Positions 34,158 through 48,386 are shown, counted from the first letter of the stretch. The stretch is DNA of 64,000 nucleotides from Lophium mytilinum (GCA_010093605.1 MU004186.1:79765-143764); one strand, 5' to 3'. Numbers and translations are program-made. Notes: generated by a model not told the origin, from the sequence alone.

Positions 34158-36279
34158 ATGGCGTCTTCACAGGCATCTAACGATGGGAACCCCACACCTA
34201 CAGAGTCTTCCAATCATGATGTTGAGAAAGGAGGGTTTGACCAGACTGTTGAACGCTACGACACACGGGCGACGACAGAGGAACCATTCCACTTCTCCAT
34301 TGGGAAATGGCTAGCACTTTCTGTGAGTTGACGTCCTTTCTGACCCTTCTCCATCTCTTCCTATTTGTCCCCACCAATAGCACATAGCCAACATCTTCCT
34401 GAAACTGACCTATGACTAGGGTCTTCTCCTGGGCTTCATTGCAGATGTCTACGCCCAGGTGTTGGTTCAGAACTCAATGACATATTTGAACGCGAAGCTT
34501 GGTACGACTCTGCTCTGTACACCTTAGAAAATCTATTAATCTCTTCTCCTAGGCCCTACGAATGAGTACCCATGGGTTGGCCAGATGGCCATCTTCACAG
34601 CAACTGTACCTGCTCCTGTCGTAGGATACTTCTCCGATATCTATGGTCGACGTAACTTCATCCTCGCGGGTAGTGTTCTCGCCTTCATCGGTCTCATTGT
34701 ATCGGCGAATGTGTCCACGATCCCAAGGTTATATGGAGCATGTGCTATCACCGGAATGGGGGCTGCCATGCACCAGCTTGCTATTCCAGCCCTATGTGAG
34801 ATGGTGCCTCGACGCTCGCGACCGTTTGCGATCGGGTCATTTGCGGCCGCACTTGCACCTGCTGCTGCTTTCGGGCCTGTCACTGGTTAGTTTTCTCAAA
34901 GGCTCTCAACATGCCCATATCAATTACGAGAAATTGACGTCCACTGCAGCTGCGAGTATTCTGATCCATTACGATTGGACTGTCATATTCTGGATCCCTT
35001 TCGCGATCAACATTCTGGCGTTCATCCTCACATTCCTATTCTACCACCCGATGAATCAATACGTCAGATATGAGGGAAAGACCGCGTTGCAGCAACTTGT
35101 CAACCTAGACTGGGCTGCCGCAGTTCTCGTGGTCATGGGAGCTTGTCTCGCTCTTCTCGGAGTCACTTTCGGGCTCTTCCAATATCCTTGGTAAGGTGTC
35201 CATTTGATAATGCTGTTGTGACAGATGGCTCATACTACAAATAGGGACTCCCCCAAGACTCTCGGAACGCTCGTTGCTGGCCTGTGCATGGTCATTGGCA
35301 CAATTCCGTACGGCTTTATTATGCGGAAGAAGCTTACGTTCGCCATGTTCCCCAACACCATCTTTGCACAATACCGCCAGTTTACTACCTTCCTATTCCC
35401 GATTCTCTTCTGCGCCCTAGTTTTCAACACTACCGCGGTTGTCTGGCCCCAGCAAGTACACCTGCTCTATACTCAAGATTCAATCATAGCGGGGTGGTAT
35501 GTCTCGGCAGCACCACTCGCGGGTATCTTTTTCTCGCCAATGTACGGCTTGATCTTCCAGAAATTTGCGAGATTCTCACGCTGGATCCTCACATTCCTGG
35601 TCTTTACCTTGACTCTTCTCTCTGCTTGTCAAGCTACATTATGTAAGTGCTCATCTGTTCTCGTAGAAAATGTCGGCAAGTCCCCCGGTCTGACCATCCC
35701 ACAGCGCCCACCAAGGCCTCCGGCTCCCTTGCCATCGTGTGCCTCATGGGAACCGTCTACAGCGGCATCGTCGTGGGCATGACATCCTACATGCAACTCG
35801 TCCCTCATCGCTGGCTTGGTACCGCCTTCCAATTCGACGTCTTCCTGCGCGTCATCGGCTCCTCCGCCGCCGGCTTCGTCTACTCCGTCATCCTCACCAA
35901 CAAACTCACCGAGCTCCTCCCGACAGACGTTGCCGTGCCGCTCGCGGAAGCCGGCGTCGACCCCACCGTCATTCCCCAGGTCATTCAGGCCCTTATGGCC
36001 GGCATCAGAACCAGCCCGGCGCTTGCGGCGCTGAAGCCGGAGCAGATTGGTCTTGCAGCGATGGGGCTGCAGAAGGCTTTCATTAGCAGCTTCCGCATCA
36101 TCTATTATGCTACTATTGCATTGGGCGTGCCGTGTATTGCGTTTGTGGCATTCAGCAAGAGCTTCGATAATCTGTTGACGGGCGAGGTGGAGGTCAGGCT
36201 TGTGGAGGGTCTGCATATCTACCCGGAGACGGACACCGGAGATGGGCCTGTTGTTGCTGAGGGCGGTCCTTGGTTGTAG
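34158..36279 (+). CDS. MFS transporter, TRI12 (fungal trichothecene efflux pump)-like
   Basis: Six exons (34158-34322, 34420-34501, 34553-34885, 34950-35190, 35246-35642, 35705-36279) with canonical splice sites. MFS motif GYFSDIYGRR, EMVPRRSR, many TM segments. Confidence 0.88.
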
Positions 36280-37562
36280 ATGGTAGGATGTTGAAAAGTT
36301 GTTTTGGTGGCGCCGACGCTCGCTACAGTACATAGATACATCTGTGGCTCCATCCATAGACTTAACCTATACATACATACATACATACATAGGCAGCTAT
36401 CTGATAATCTCTAATACTGTGCCGTTACATCAAGCTCCTTAAAACGCCAGACAAGTCGTAGTCCTTCATGCGGAAGATCGTGCTCCCTTTCCGCTCTCAT
36501 GAAAAAGCTTACCACCAGAACCCAAGGTTTATGAAAGAACCACACCACGCTGGCTCGGCGTAACACAAAAATCTCCCACATCTCAAACCCCCTCCCTCGA
36601 ATCCCTCCCCCCCTAACCATGCCAACACATGGCCCTCGACCCACTGCGCCGTCGGCTACCACACCTAGAACCACGAACGGACCACTCACAAGGGAGCGGG
36701 CCACCATCCACACCCCGCAAACCGGGGAGCGAGACTGGGGAGCAAGCTGGGGGTCGGCGCCGGGGGTCCTGCATTCCTTGACTCAGCAACCACGAGGGCG
36801 TTGACAGTGCGGTTCGCATTTGGTGGCGCGGCCGGGGACGTTGGCTGGGGTTCGGGCCGGGGGGCGTGTGCGTTCCGGGGGTGGGGAGTGCATTCTAGTG
36901 GACGTCGAGTCGGACGCATAGCGGCGATTTGAAGAGTCAGGTTTTGGGTACTTAGGGGTGGTTGGACATCACTGGAAACCGGAATGGGGCTGGGGTTTAA
37001 ACTAGGGGTTTGGAATTTCTATTGCAAGATGGCGCAGCTGGTTTTGACTATTTTATGAGACGCAATCTAGTTGCGATGGAGTGCTGCTTTATCGAGGTTC
37101 TTGACGAATATCTAAACTCTAATAGTTATAGGGAATCTGCACTATTCTAAGGGAACCAACGGCTTCCTAGGATCCTCCGAACAGCATCTCCTATGGCTCA
37201 TATTACCTTCACATTAGGGTACTACTCGATGAAATCTGGTTTGTCAGGCTACCCTTATTCACACTATTAGGAGCCCAGCTTATGGTACATTCAGTTACCA
37301 CCATTAAACGTCCTTTGATCGATGCGAACGGTGACTTCCTCTTTGTATCTCATGCATGATGCATGAAACACTTCTCCATCCGCTTCTTCACGTACCACGT
37401 ACACGTACACATTGCGTTGTCGACGTGCTCTTCTTTCTGCGGCACTTTTTCGATTCTAAGGGTCAGGATCTCTTATGTGGTGGGTAGTAGGTATGAGAAT
37501 AGGACAGTTTGCATGGGGAGCCTCTACAGTTCTTCAACAAGTCATTCCCCGCTTCCATCCGG

Positions 37563-40500
37563 TCATATTTCTGATGTCACCTGCATCGCCTCCTCAATTT
37601 GCTCCGTCCACAGCCCATGCAACCCTCTCTGCCGCCCAGCATCACCCCAAGCCTTCAACAACTCCAAAAGAGTGTCTATCTCCGCCAAGATTGTAGCCCT
37701 CTTCGCATCACCTGCTTCCAGAGCCTGGCAAGACCGTTGCGCCCCACTCAGAATCACCTTCGCCCCATACGCAACTCGCAACCCTAGCGTGAACATCTCT
37801 GGTTTGCTCGCCCATCCGAGTGCTCCGTCTTCCTCCTCCACCGTCGTGGCGGTCAGCCAACTGATGCCCCCAATGACCCAATGCTTGAACTCCTTCTGAA
37901 GGCTGTCGCTCGGATCTGACTTGAAGGGGAGGCGGCTTAAGACATCAGCCCAGATTGCAATCTCTCTAGTCTCGTCGACGAATAGGTTTTGCTTCTCTTG
38001 CGCAAAGAGTGCGGAGTTCTCCTTGCGCGCATCTGCCACTGCGGTTTGGAAAGGAGTTTCGAAAGGGCTTTGGCCCACGGCTGTGCCCATGAAGCGTCGT
38101 AGAGCCTCGTGGTGGAGAAAACTGAAGTCGGCATAGAAGTTTGCGAAATGCTCAGCGAGCTGTTGGCTTGCAAGTAGGGGTACCACATCCCGATTAGCAG
38201 ATGCGTATTCGGGCCCGGCAAGCACTCTCGTAGCGACAGAGGCAGCGACCTCGCGAATGTCGTCGTCATCGTCGTTTAAGGCGTCGTAGACTAGGAATCC
38301 GAGGCGAAGCAATTGCGGACTCTTGGATGTAGCCCAAATATGCTCAGAACCAGCGAGGGAACGCGCGGCGGCAAATCTGATGTCAAAGGGCTGTGGACAA
38401 TTGATTAGCAGGAGACTAGCAATGATGAGGGCAACGGGATGCGTACATTAGACTCGTATAACGCTCTGGAAATGATTCGGGCGTATCTTTCCATCTCTTC
38501 GAGGTCATTTGGCTTCCGTTCTGCGCTGAGTCGTGTCTTGTGGTCGAGGAAATATCCGTGTAGTGGCAACGAAGCCTCACATTCCATAGGTGGGCCATAT
38601 AGACTGCTCTTCTCGAGGTCTCCAATAGTCTGGCTGATAGTAAGAAAACTAGCGTTTTCGAAGAAGGAAGATCTAGCTGCTCGATCTGACAATAAGGAAG
38701 CTATGGCAGTGCGTGATGCGGCTTTGACTTCTGGGTCCTTGGCGTCTAGTGAGATATTGTTAAGGCAAGCGATGATCTGTGGTTTAGGAAGCGCCAATGA
38801 ACGGGATTGTGCGCGATCTATCAGGTCGACTAGTTCTTCTAGGAGAGCGCAGTAATTGTTTGGATCGAATCTTGAAATGTCTCGTAAAAGGGGTTCGAAA
38901 GTCTTATGGATATCTTCGGCGTCCGATGTAGGTGTCCCGGACGTCTCTCGCTTGATCAAGTGCTGAAGGATCAAGTAAAGACTGGCAGACCTGCGCAGTA
39001 ATGCTGAACCAGCAACTATGCTCGATTGAAAACTTGTTGCGAGGTCTCTCATACTACTTTGATGGTTCTGCTGAAGAAGATTTGCGATCTGGTTGAGAGC
39101 GGCCGAATGTTTGGATGCATACTGCGCAAAGTAAAAGGCTTTTCTAAACTCATTGATGACATCGAGATACGCTGAACGTATAAGAGGGTTTGGACTGGTT
39201 TTGTACAAGTCATTGAAATGATTCAGCACCTCTTCTAGGATGCTGTCAATCCGCTCTAATTAGTTGTTAGCCTAGTTTATACGTCATCCAAGAGGCAGCA
39301 TACCAAAAGAAGAATTGATCAACGCGGGTATTAGACGAGATTTCAATCCATATCGTAGACAAAGTAATTTTCCATGGATCGCATGCTGTCCGACGCTCGG
39401 TTGAACTAGCAAGGCTTGAATTCGGTCCAGAATGTCGTGAGAGCAGAGACCAGAAACCCATGTTCGAGCCGCCATGTCTCGAATGTACCAATGCGGTGTT
39501 TCGGTCAGTTTAAAAACAAGCAGTCGGATTTGGCCATCTTTGGCGGACGGAGCCGGAGCTTGTTGGAGTATTTGTAGAGCCGGAAACACGACCTCCATTC
39601 CTTGATCCGTTCTTCCAGATGACACTATAGAGCTTGCCTCGGCGGCATCGTTGCTTGATTTTTCTAATGTAATCAATCTGACCAGAATATCAAGCAAATT
39701 AGGAAATCGGTCGTATGATAAGCGCGACGTCCTTGTGAGTTGCTTCTCGTTCCAGCGTTGCGTATCTCCTGTACCTAGTAGTCGCTCAATCAGTGCCTTG
39801 AAAAGCATAAGCCCACAGTTCCGGATTGGCCAACTACATAGCGTCAGTCACATCAAAGTTTTCACTACTCCGAACGCTTTACTCACAATTCCGATCCTAG
39901 TTTTGTCGCAGCAAGATCTAGTCCCTTGCTTAGATAGGCCTCAGATGCCGAGGCGAGTGTTGTGGTTATGAAGATGTCCTTGATGCAGTTGAGTGCATGG
40001 ACCTGAGGTATGCGGCTCTCATCGAACTTCGAGAACCCTGGGTCCAAAGACGCCTCAGCAAAAAGGTCTTCTATGACATACTTGAAAAGGGGACTCTCTG
40101 AGTCTGCGGAAATGATGCCAGTTATCAGAGAAGGTATCCCGGCGGAGCGGCGGGTGACGATTGGAGATTCGTTCCGGATGTAGAGCATAGTATCCTAGTT
40201 CGCCTCAGCAATGAAATGCAGAAAGGGAAGAGTAACGTACCTGATACCAGGAGAGCAGTAGTTCTTGAGTATCTTCGTTTCCTATCTTAGAACAGCGTTG
40301 GCAGCAAACTGCGAATGTCTGCGCCACTGTAGAGAACGCTCCTCGGTGTCTAAGGTTGATTAGCTGAGTGAAGCACAATGTCCCTAGTCGCTTGACTTGG
40401 AAGCTATCCAGGATAGAGAGTGACGAGATTGTCCCGAATGGAGCTTTTGAGACGATAGCACGAAGTAGCATGCTGATTCGCTTAGCTGAAGTCCTATAAA

Positions 40501-43050
40501 AGGATAAATTGACTGACCTAGCCTCCTTGAGTGCTCTCCAAGAGTAACTCAAAATATCCTTCGTCGTGATATGTGAGTCAGCTTCTACATCATCTGGTAC
40601 ATGGCCTTCTGGCGCATCGTTGCACAAGATGTCTTGGACGCAATTCCACACGTCATGTAATGACATATATAGTCGGGAATGCAAATTTCTCCATGAGTCT
40701 AGGCACTCTCGCGATCCCGCTTCTAGCATCGAGTAGAAATCAACACGCTCCACAATGAATCTTCGGTACATCAGCTTTGTGATACATTTACTATCATGTA
40801 GACTTACCTGATGCTAGCGAGAACGCCGTGTGCAGGGTATTTGTTCACCGCGACGGAAAGATTTTGTCGTGCAATTTCAACAGTCTTCTCTAGTTGCTCC
40901 GCCAGATGGTCGATGATTGTCCACTTGGACAGCCACCACTCGTCATGTTCCCCAACGATGCTTCGAAGAGTAATTTCATCATTAGCTTGAGAATACAAAA
41001 GCTCGTAGGCTCGTGCAACCCCATCGGCATGATCAGCCCGGCCAGTCCGTAGCATGATTTTCTCAGCTCGTTCGATAAATCGTAGAATCTCTACAGAACT
41101 CGACCGCGGCATCTCTTCTGGTTGAGACGAGGGTGGCGTATGATTGCCTCCAGTTGGTGCCTGACCGTCTAGATGCTTTGCGATTCTTCGGTTACCTTCG
41201 TACCTAAGTCTGAGAATAGAAGCTGCCACACTATGTACCTCATCGAAGGGGTCTAGCAGGAGGTCTAATAACGATCGTATTAGTTTTGGAGTGTAAATAT
41301 CCCTCCGATGATACCACTTCTTATCTCCTTGAGCTTGCTTTGCAAGGCTCGTGTGAGACACGGTAGGGTCTAGACCTGATCTGACTACGATGTTTAGCGA
41401 CTTCAGCGCAGTTATATGCCGCTGGTATGACGCAGTCGGCCGAAGTTCAGAGCCGAGGAAGCTGATGTACCACGAAATGAAATCGACATGGTAATTCAAG
41501 ATACCACACAGCTCGTCTTTGTTAGTTTCCGTCTTTCGAATCCCATCAGAACTTTTACTAGAGAGCGACTTTAGAGCTGCTGCGTTTCCTTCAATCGCTT
41601 TGCTCAAAGTCGCTGTAGCCGACCTCAGGCGGTCAAAAAGCCGTTGGACCCGACTCAATAGTTCGCCGCGAAAGTTTGCATCCGTGTCAGCATGGAGATG
41701 AAATATGTTATCCTGAAGACATCGGAGGCTGCCTCTGGTGATTGGCTTCGTGATACTTGCAGAGGAAACCAGAAGCGAAATTCCTGCGAGCCTGGCTTCC
41801 GGATTGGAATGAGATAATAGTTTTCCAAATACAATATCTGGAACGAGCAAAACACCTGCACGTACTTCGATAGTCTTAAGTTTGGCTTGATCTAATTTCG
41901 TCAGCAGTGGAGCTTTCTTCGGCTTGGGTTGCATGTAACGGACCGATGTCTTGAACCATTCCGAGGTCTTGGCCAACTTGAAGTGCAGCAAAGATTATGC
42001 TGATTGTTACCGGATCATCCAGTCGGCCGCTAGTATCGTCGTTGTCTTCCGCTACAGCAGACGATGTCTGCCCTAAGTAACGGTAGAATTGGAGATGATG
42101 TAAGAAGAGCATGTAGTCATCAAAACCCAACCTAAAGACTTCGGGAAAGACATGGTGTCGAAATTCCTGAATACTCTCCGGAGAGGCCCGTATGCTGTTT
42201 TCGAAAGGCTCTACCCATAGTGGAAGATCCGTGCTAATTCTAACATCGAAAGCGTTGCACTCTTGAGCTTTTGCAAGGAAATGAGCGACTAAGTGTCCAG
42301 CGGCAAGCGCGGTGTCGTTGTGTTGTACCCAGTCGAGGAATTTGGCGAGAAGGATCTGGCCGAGCTCTACTCGAGGTGGACGACATTCCGAATATACAGC
42401 AATCCTACTGGACAAATCAATGAGCTGATCGATGGAGACCAAATCTTTGGATATGAAGTGTGCTAGTGCTTGTAATGCAGGCTTGACTTTCCGGTGATTT
42501 TGGTACCTAGAAATGAGATTGACGGCTCTCAAGACTGCTTGATCACGGATTTGGAAGGAACATGGAGCGTTTTCTCTTTTCAACACACTAGTAAAAACAA
42601 CGAGCAGCTGTCTCATAGGCTTTGGTTTAGCTTTGTCGAAAAGGTTCAAGTAAATGCCAAAGAGCCTCGACCAAATCTGTTCTACCCAAATGACATTGCG
42701 GACAATCTCAATTTTGGCACCCTGACATCGCTCGATAATTCCGCAGAAGGCAACGCATGCGGTCGCGCGATGCGATGGTGATATTTCTGCATTTTCAGCA
42801 GTCTCTAACAGTGCATAGAGGGCATCTTTCACTATCCTAGTCATATTCATTAGTAGAGGACAGTATACATATAAGCAGTGTAGTAGATGGAAGCCCATAC
42901 GCCATGGATAATTCAAACTTACCTCAGTTGGCTTTCATCGACGACTGTAGACGAGTCGAGGCGAGCTATCAGATGAGAAGATTCTGTACCTAAGTGACGG
43001 ATGGCGTTCTCATCGACGAGAACGGTTGTAGAGGATGGCGGTTCAGCCAT
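37563..43050 (-). CDS. TRM732: THADA / Trm732 (DUF2428) tRNA 2'-O-methylation accessory HEAT-repeat protein
   Basis: Multi-exon gene, ATG at 43050. Motifs DAPEGH, SYSWRALKEA, RHRGAFS, TRRSAGIP, PQVHALNCIKDIF and WPIRNCGLMLFKAL. Confidence 0.92.
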
Positions 43051-44670
43051 GGTCGTCTTGTGCTGAGCGCGGGCCCTTATGTTCGAAGGCTCCCAGGCTT
43101 CATTGCATGCTAGAGACCGTGGCCTTCTGTATATTGTACCTAGGTGACTTGAAAGAAACGTTGACAGAATAGAGGGGTTTAGGATAGAGTATAATCTTCG
43201 TCTAGCGTGCCAAGCGACTAGGATCTTGAAGTTTCTCCGCTTACCTGACGACACCTCAACCATGGAACCGCCTTACATTCATCGTAGTCTCGATTTATCG
43301 ATTGATATCCTCCGCACATTTGAATAATGACATGCATGAAGTTCTCTCGATCAGACTTCTTCAAGGCCTTGAAGGCCTATAGAATATTCACGTTGCCTTC
43401 ATGAGTGTCGAAACTCAAAGTTTTCGTATAATCCATTTGACGTTACAGAACACGTGGATTGAGAGCGTTGTGGTTAGGAGGCAGCAGTTGTAGGCGTATG
43501 GCACAACTAGTATAGTAGGATATATATGCTGGTCCGTCCAAAAAATGTTCTCCTTTCTGCTCGCCCATGGAGATGCGACTCGTTCATCTCCGCTCAAGAC
43601 CTCAACTACTGCTTGTCGCCGTTGCATTCTTGTTAGCACTCTTTAAGTTCTGAAAGTAGCCTTGAGAAAGAATCCGGTGAAAAGAATCCAATGAAAAATA
43701 CCACGAAAAAGGGTATGAAGAGAAAGATTAGAGAGAACAGAAAGTAAGGAAGGTCGTGTCGCACGATCATATGAAACGATACATCCCATCGCCCGTGGTA
43801 GACGTCATGCCAGATCTATGGGCCTGCGTTAAGTACAATTTCTGTCGAAGCTATGGCTTGATGGACCAAGTCAACACTTGTTTTACACCTGGGAACCCGG
43901 TAAATGGTTCCATGGAATCCGGAACAACAATTTTCTTCTGAACCGCGCAGAACCCTCCGATGCTGCATGAGCTAGCCCACTTTTTGCCTCTTGCTCAAAT
44001 TTTCAGACTTTTGTCCCGTTTGAAATCATGAAAGTGTATCAGTTCAGGTAGCAGGAAACAGGCGGACACATTTACATGCTGCCGTTAGAGCTTTTCGGCG
44101 AACTTTCCTCATCTCAAACGAGATGACAGAATATGGCCCTGAGATGCTCTTGATTCACCGGGGCATATGAAATTTCATCAAGGAGGGGCGAACCGATTGG
44201 AGCCTAAGCCCTGCAATACCTACCTAGGTCCAAATCGCACTCGACCAAGACCATTGTGAGGTTCTACATTGAGAAAGAGACATAGAAGATGACTCTTATT
44301 GACATTACATACTTTTCTGTAGACTTTCCATGGGTTTCTCACGTCTGGTCCTATCCATCACATCCTTACCGTCGTTCCACGGCTAAAACCAACCAAGGTT
44401 ACAGACCGTGGCAGCACACTGCAACTCCCCCCTAGTCGAAGGGCTGGCCCTTCCGCTCTCCGATGACGTCGGGCAGAGGTCTATATAATCACGTCCTCCG
44501 CTGCATCTTCTACTACGTTGGCCGGCCAGAGAAGTGAAGTGGTCGGCGCAAGTGAACAGTTGTTCCAACGCTCAACCAATAAAGTCGTCCTCAACCAACA
44601 CCACGCCGGTGCAGCTGCCCCTCGCACACACGCCCACCTTTTTGGACACTAGCCAAGAGCCTTTTTACCT

Positions 44671-46479
44671 ATGCCAACCTCTATTCCTATGATGGTGCAG
44701 GCCATCCCTCCCTCAGCTACCCTACCTATGCCAGAGACCTTCGAGGAGCGCATAGCGCGGGCGCGCCGTCTCGTCGCACAAAACCCTCACCATCCTGCCG
44801 CTGAGAGACTACGACGTTACGACCATGAGCTCGCTCTTGCGATGGCCGTTGTCAGACAATCCGCAAACAGCTTATCGACGCCGCAAAACCCTCCTGCTCT
44901 CGCTGAGCAAACGCGACTCCCCCGCCAGCTCCCTGCCGTTACCACGCCACAACATACTCAGTTCCATGCTGGCCCGTCTACATCACAAAACCCTCATCAC
45001 ACTCCTCACCAGTTCCATCAGCCCCATCAGCAAGTTCAACAGGTTCAGCAGCAGGTTTTGCAGCAGCAGGTTGTTCAGCAGAACCCGCGTCAAATCCCTC
45101 AGCAGATAGCAGCCTCGCAGCTGAATATCAGGCCCGCAATTCCTTGGTCATGCCCGAACGGCGCGGCACTTGAGATGCATTTTAATCACGATTCCAGCCC
45201 AGCTGGAGCGGGTGTCTTCTTGCGCACAAAGGCTGGATTCGTCTATTATTTGGTCCGTAGGATGGCCTTGGAGCAGAAAGGCATATTTCACGTCCCTGAA
45301 CACCTCAAGGTCGGACTTCCGGTAGCCCCCAACAAGGTTCTTGAAACCTACGTGTATTTATACAGGAGCTGGTATGAAACAAGCTTCAGACACGATAAGC
45401 CGGCGTTCGAAGAGTACTATTTGAAGAATGAAGAGGGTTATAGCCGATTGACCAGCTTATACAGCCGCATAGGGGCCGCTCAGGACGTATTAGCCAAAAC
45501 TTTGAATGCTCTAGAGGCAAAGAAGGCGTTCGAGGCTGAGCCATGTCAATTGCCGCTAAATATGCCCATGCTATACCAAATAAGCCGGCCGCAGCTTCCC
45601 GATCGCATCGACGAAGCTTACAGGCCCTGTGCTGGACCGCCTCCTGGTTGGGGCGTTTGCCTGGGCGATATTGAGCGTCCGCTGGCTGCCGGCGAAGTAC
45701 ACTCTCTTCCTCCCTGGGAATATTTGAGTAAGCCCTAGGAAGTCATCCAACCGAGGCCCTACCTAATGCTAACTCGTCTCAAGCACCCGAAGATTTGGAG
45801 ACGCGCCGGAGGCCTTCCCCCCCTAGGCGCGCCTTGAACTCGGAGGAGGCGGAGTCCATTGAGCGTGCTTCTAGTCAACCAAACCGCACCAGGCGCTTGA
45901 GCTCCGTACCGGTGCGACTTACATATAATCCGCTCCCCCCCAACGACGACCTCACCGGTGAGCAGTACAATGAGCTTTTCGATATGTTCATCAACGACCC
46001 TGAAGATCTTCCAGACAACCACGGAAGACACCGACGATGACTCTGAAACTGAAAGTGCTCAGCTGGAGCTGGCTACATTTGCTGAACCAGCTCTTAAGAG
46101 GCCCAGGCTTGTCAACAATGGTTACGATTATATGGAGAGCGACAATGAGCAAGTCGACGATAATGGAGCATGGTTACTTCACGACAAAAACGAAACCGCG
46201 GAAAATTTTGAGAACAACATGGGGATTGTTAGGGAGCACGTTGACGGCTCGGAAGCCTCTCCACCTCACGACGAAGGCCAGCACGCGGAAGCAACTGAGG
46301 ACCATGTGGATATCATCAACGGATACGCCGACGACTTTTTGTCGGTTCCCGTCACGAAACCTTCAAGTTCCCTGATTTTTACAGCGAGCCCGGGGCCCTC
46401 GCTAACGGGCATGCTGGAACCCTCTCGGAAACGTCACTACAATCTGAGACGCATTCGCCGCCGCGACACGACTCGATGA
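44671..46479 (+). CDS. Orphan Gln/Pro-rich protein with one intron and an apparent frameshift near 46020
   Basis: Exon 1 44671-45727; intron 45728-45783 (GTAAGC..GCTAAC..AAG) joins ORF 45795-46040. The acidic, NLS-bearing continuation (EPALKRPRL, RKRHYNLRR) to 46479 is in the +1 frame. Confidence 0.6.
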
Positions 46480-46659
46480 AAGAGAGAGCTACAAAATAAG
46501 GATACCAATGGAAAAGTGGCCTTGGGATTTGACGATGGCGTTCAGGATTGGGTATACCAATTTCTAGGTCTTAGGAAGCGCTCGACTGGAGTCATTTGGG
46601 ACAATAAAGAACGGATTGGATCTTTCTCTCGGCGTAAGGAGGAAAGCTGAAAACTTTCC

Positions 46660-46960
46660 GGACGACTTAATTACGGTTCAGAACGGAGTTATTAGGGTGT
46701 TGCAGAGGCTTTACGGTAATGGTAATGGTAATGAGGCTTTGTGAAGTCTGGAATACCGCCTAGGGGTAACTAGGATTAGGATACATTCGTTTCATTGCTA
46801 TCAACTAGATATCTAGGGGACGACTTGGCTACGGGTTGCGAAGGAGTGATTGGGTGATTGAGGTCGGTTTCCGATAATGGTACTTGGGTTTTACGGAGTA
46901 GGTAATACCGCCTAGGGGTAACTAGGGCTACGCTACATTCATTCCATCGCTATTGATTCA
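46660..46960. repeat. Imperfect ~155-bp tandem duplication
   Basis: Exact core aataccgcctaggggtaactagg at 46752 and 46904, with flanking similarity (cgactt..tacgg..ggagt..att; tacattc..t.cat.gctat). Confidence 0.75.
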
Positions 46961-47749
46961 ATATTTATGATTTGCTTTGGTGATGAATATTATCAGTATC
47001 TAGATCATTTGAGCTCCGATCTTCGCGAATGCATTGCATCTATTGTTTCGTACTGTCTGAGGTCCCTCTAGCAGGGGACGGCGATCGTTTAGGGCGACTA
47101 CCTTCAGTCTTCGAGTGTGTTGAATACAAGCCGTAGCGTCTGATATTAGGTGGAAGACTAGCTAATATACAGGAACGGACCTAAGTTTGCTACCGTGATT
47201 GCTTGCTGTGGTGATTGTCATAATCCAACAGAGTGCACGCTACTAGAAACCGCGATGATCTATCTTATGTGTGGATGGAGAGATCCACAGGTCGACGATT
47301 CCCAGACTCCAAATTACTTCCACCGTAGAATATTCACTTGCAAGAAGCCTCATATTGAACGGAAACGCTATAACTGCTGTTTGTTTGTACCACTCGTAAA
47401 GTCTATGATGCCCTTAGTACTAATCAGGCATCTACTATGCACATTTGTAGTCATACACTACTCCAAAGCTTCTTGTGCCCTAGCCTGGATTACGTAGGTG
47501 CCGAACCTCAGGTGCGGTGGGAGGCCTCGCAGCCTCCGCCGTTGCAACACCTCCATGCCCTACCTCATTAAGAGAGGAACAATCGACTCCACCACTTACA
47601 ATTGTTTCAGCGCCTCCCCTGATAATGTTCCTCCCAACAGAGGCTACCCCCAAATGAGTACACTGCTGTCCAGCCCTCTCCCCAGTGCGACACACGCGCT
47701 CGCGCTCACCGTCACGCAACTCAGCCCGAATCCCAGCCCCCAGGTTCTA

Positions 47750-48386
47750 TTATGAAGTCGGCCGCGTCTTTAATTGCACACCATGCCAGCTCTTGATCTC
47801 GTCCGCCAGCACCTGGTTCACAAGCTTATGCTGCTTGATGACGGTCAAGCCCTTGAACCGCGCCGACTCTATGTCCAGCGCATACATAGATCCACAGCCG
47901 CCGCTAATGTCCTGCACCTGTTGCGTGCAGCGTGCGTCAGCGATCTGCTCGAATAGACACAGGAAGTGTGGGGAAGCCGGGGAGTGACGCAGCATCCATC
48001 GTCGATGTCCAGTTCCCCTCATTCTTGGCGAGCCGAGCTCAAGGCGTATGGGGTGGGACGGGTAGGTGTATATGTACCTCCAAATTGACAGGGTCGAACT
48101 CCGCCTTGATCTTATTGAAAACGGCCAGCTCCCCCTCGGATAGGTAATCCGGCGGCTCGACCGCGCTGCTCGTGCTGCTGCTGGCGGCTTCTTGGGAGTA
48201 CGGTCTCCTGGAGGCTGCAGACTGGGCTGACACTAAAGGCGGCAGGCGTGCTGCGAGAGGAGGGGATGCTTGGGAAGGCTGGGTTGTGGGTGTCCAACAT
48301 GCTGCACGGAGGCGAGGTCCTCGGTTCGTGCGGAGAAGGGATGCAGCGCAGCGCTGCAATGCTCGGGAGGGGGCCATGCTGGGCAC
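47750..48386 (-). CDS. BOL3: Mitochondrial BolA3-type protein (Aim1/Bol3)
   Basis: Exon 1 48386-48078 (presequence, then LSEGELAVFNKIKAEFDPVNLE); exon 2 47916-47750 VQDISGGCGSMY...KQHKLVNQVL..EIKSWHGVQLKT. Confidence 0.92.

Noticed and set aside
20723..36279. Secondary-metabolite cluster (hydratase, 2OG oxygenase, TRI12-like pump)
   Set aside because: No PKS, NRPS or terpene backbone gene, and the genes are separated by housekeeping genes such as ATG3.
36369..36391. (ATAC)n microsatellite
   Set aside because: Ordinary short tandem repeat in a 3' region.
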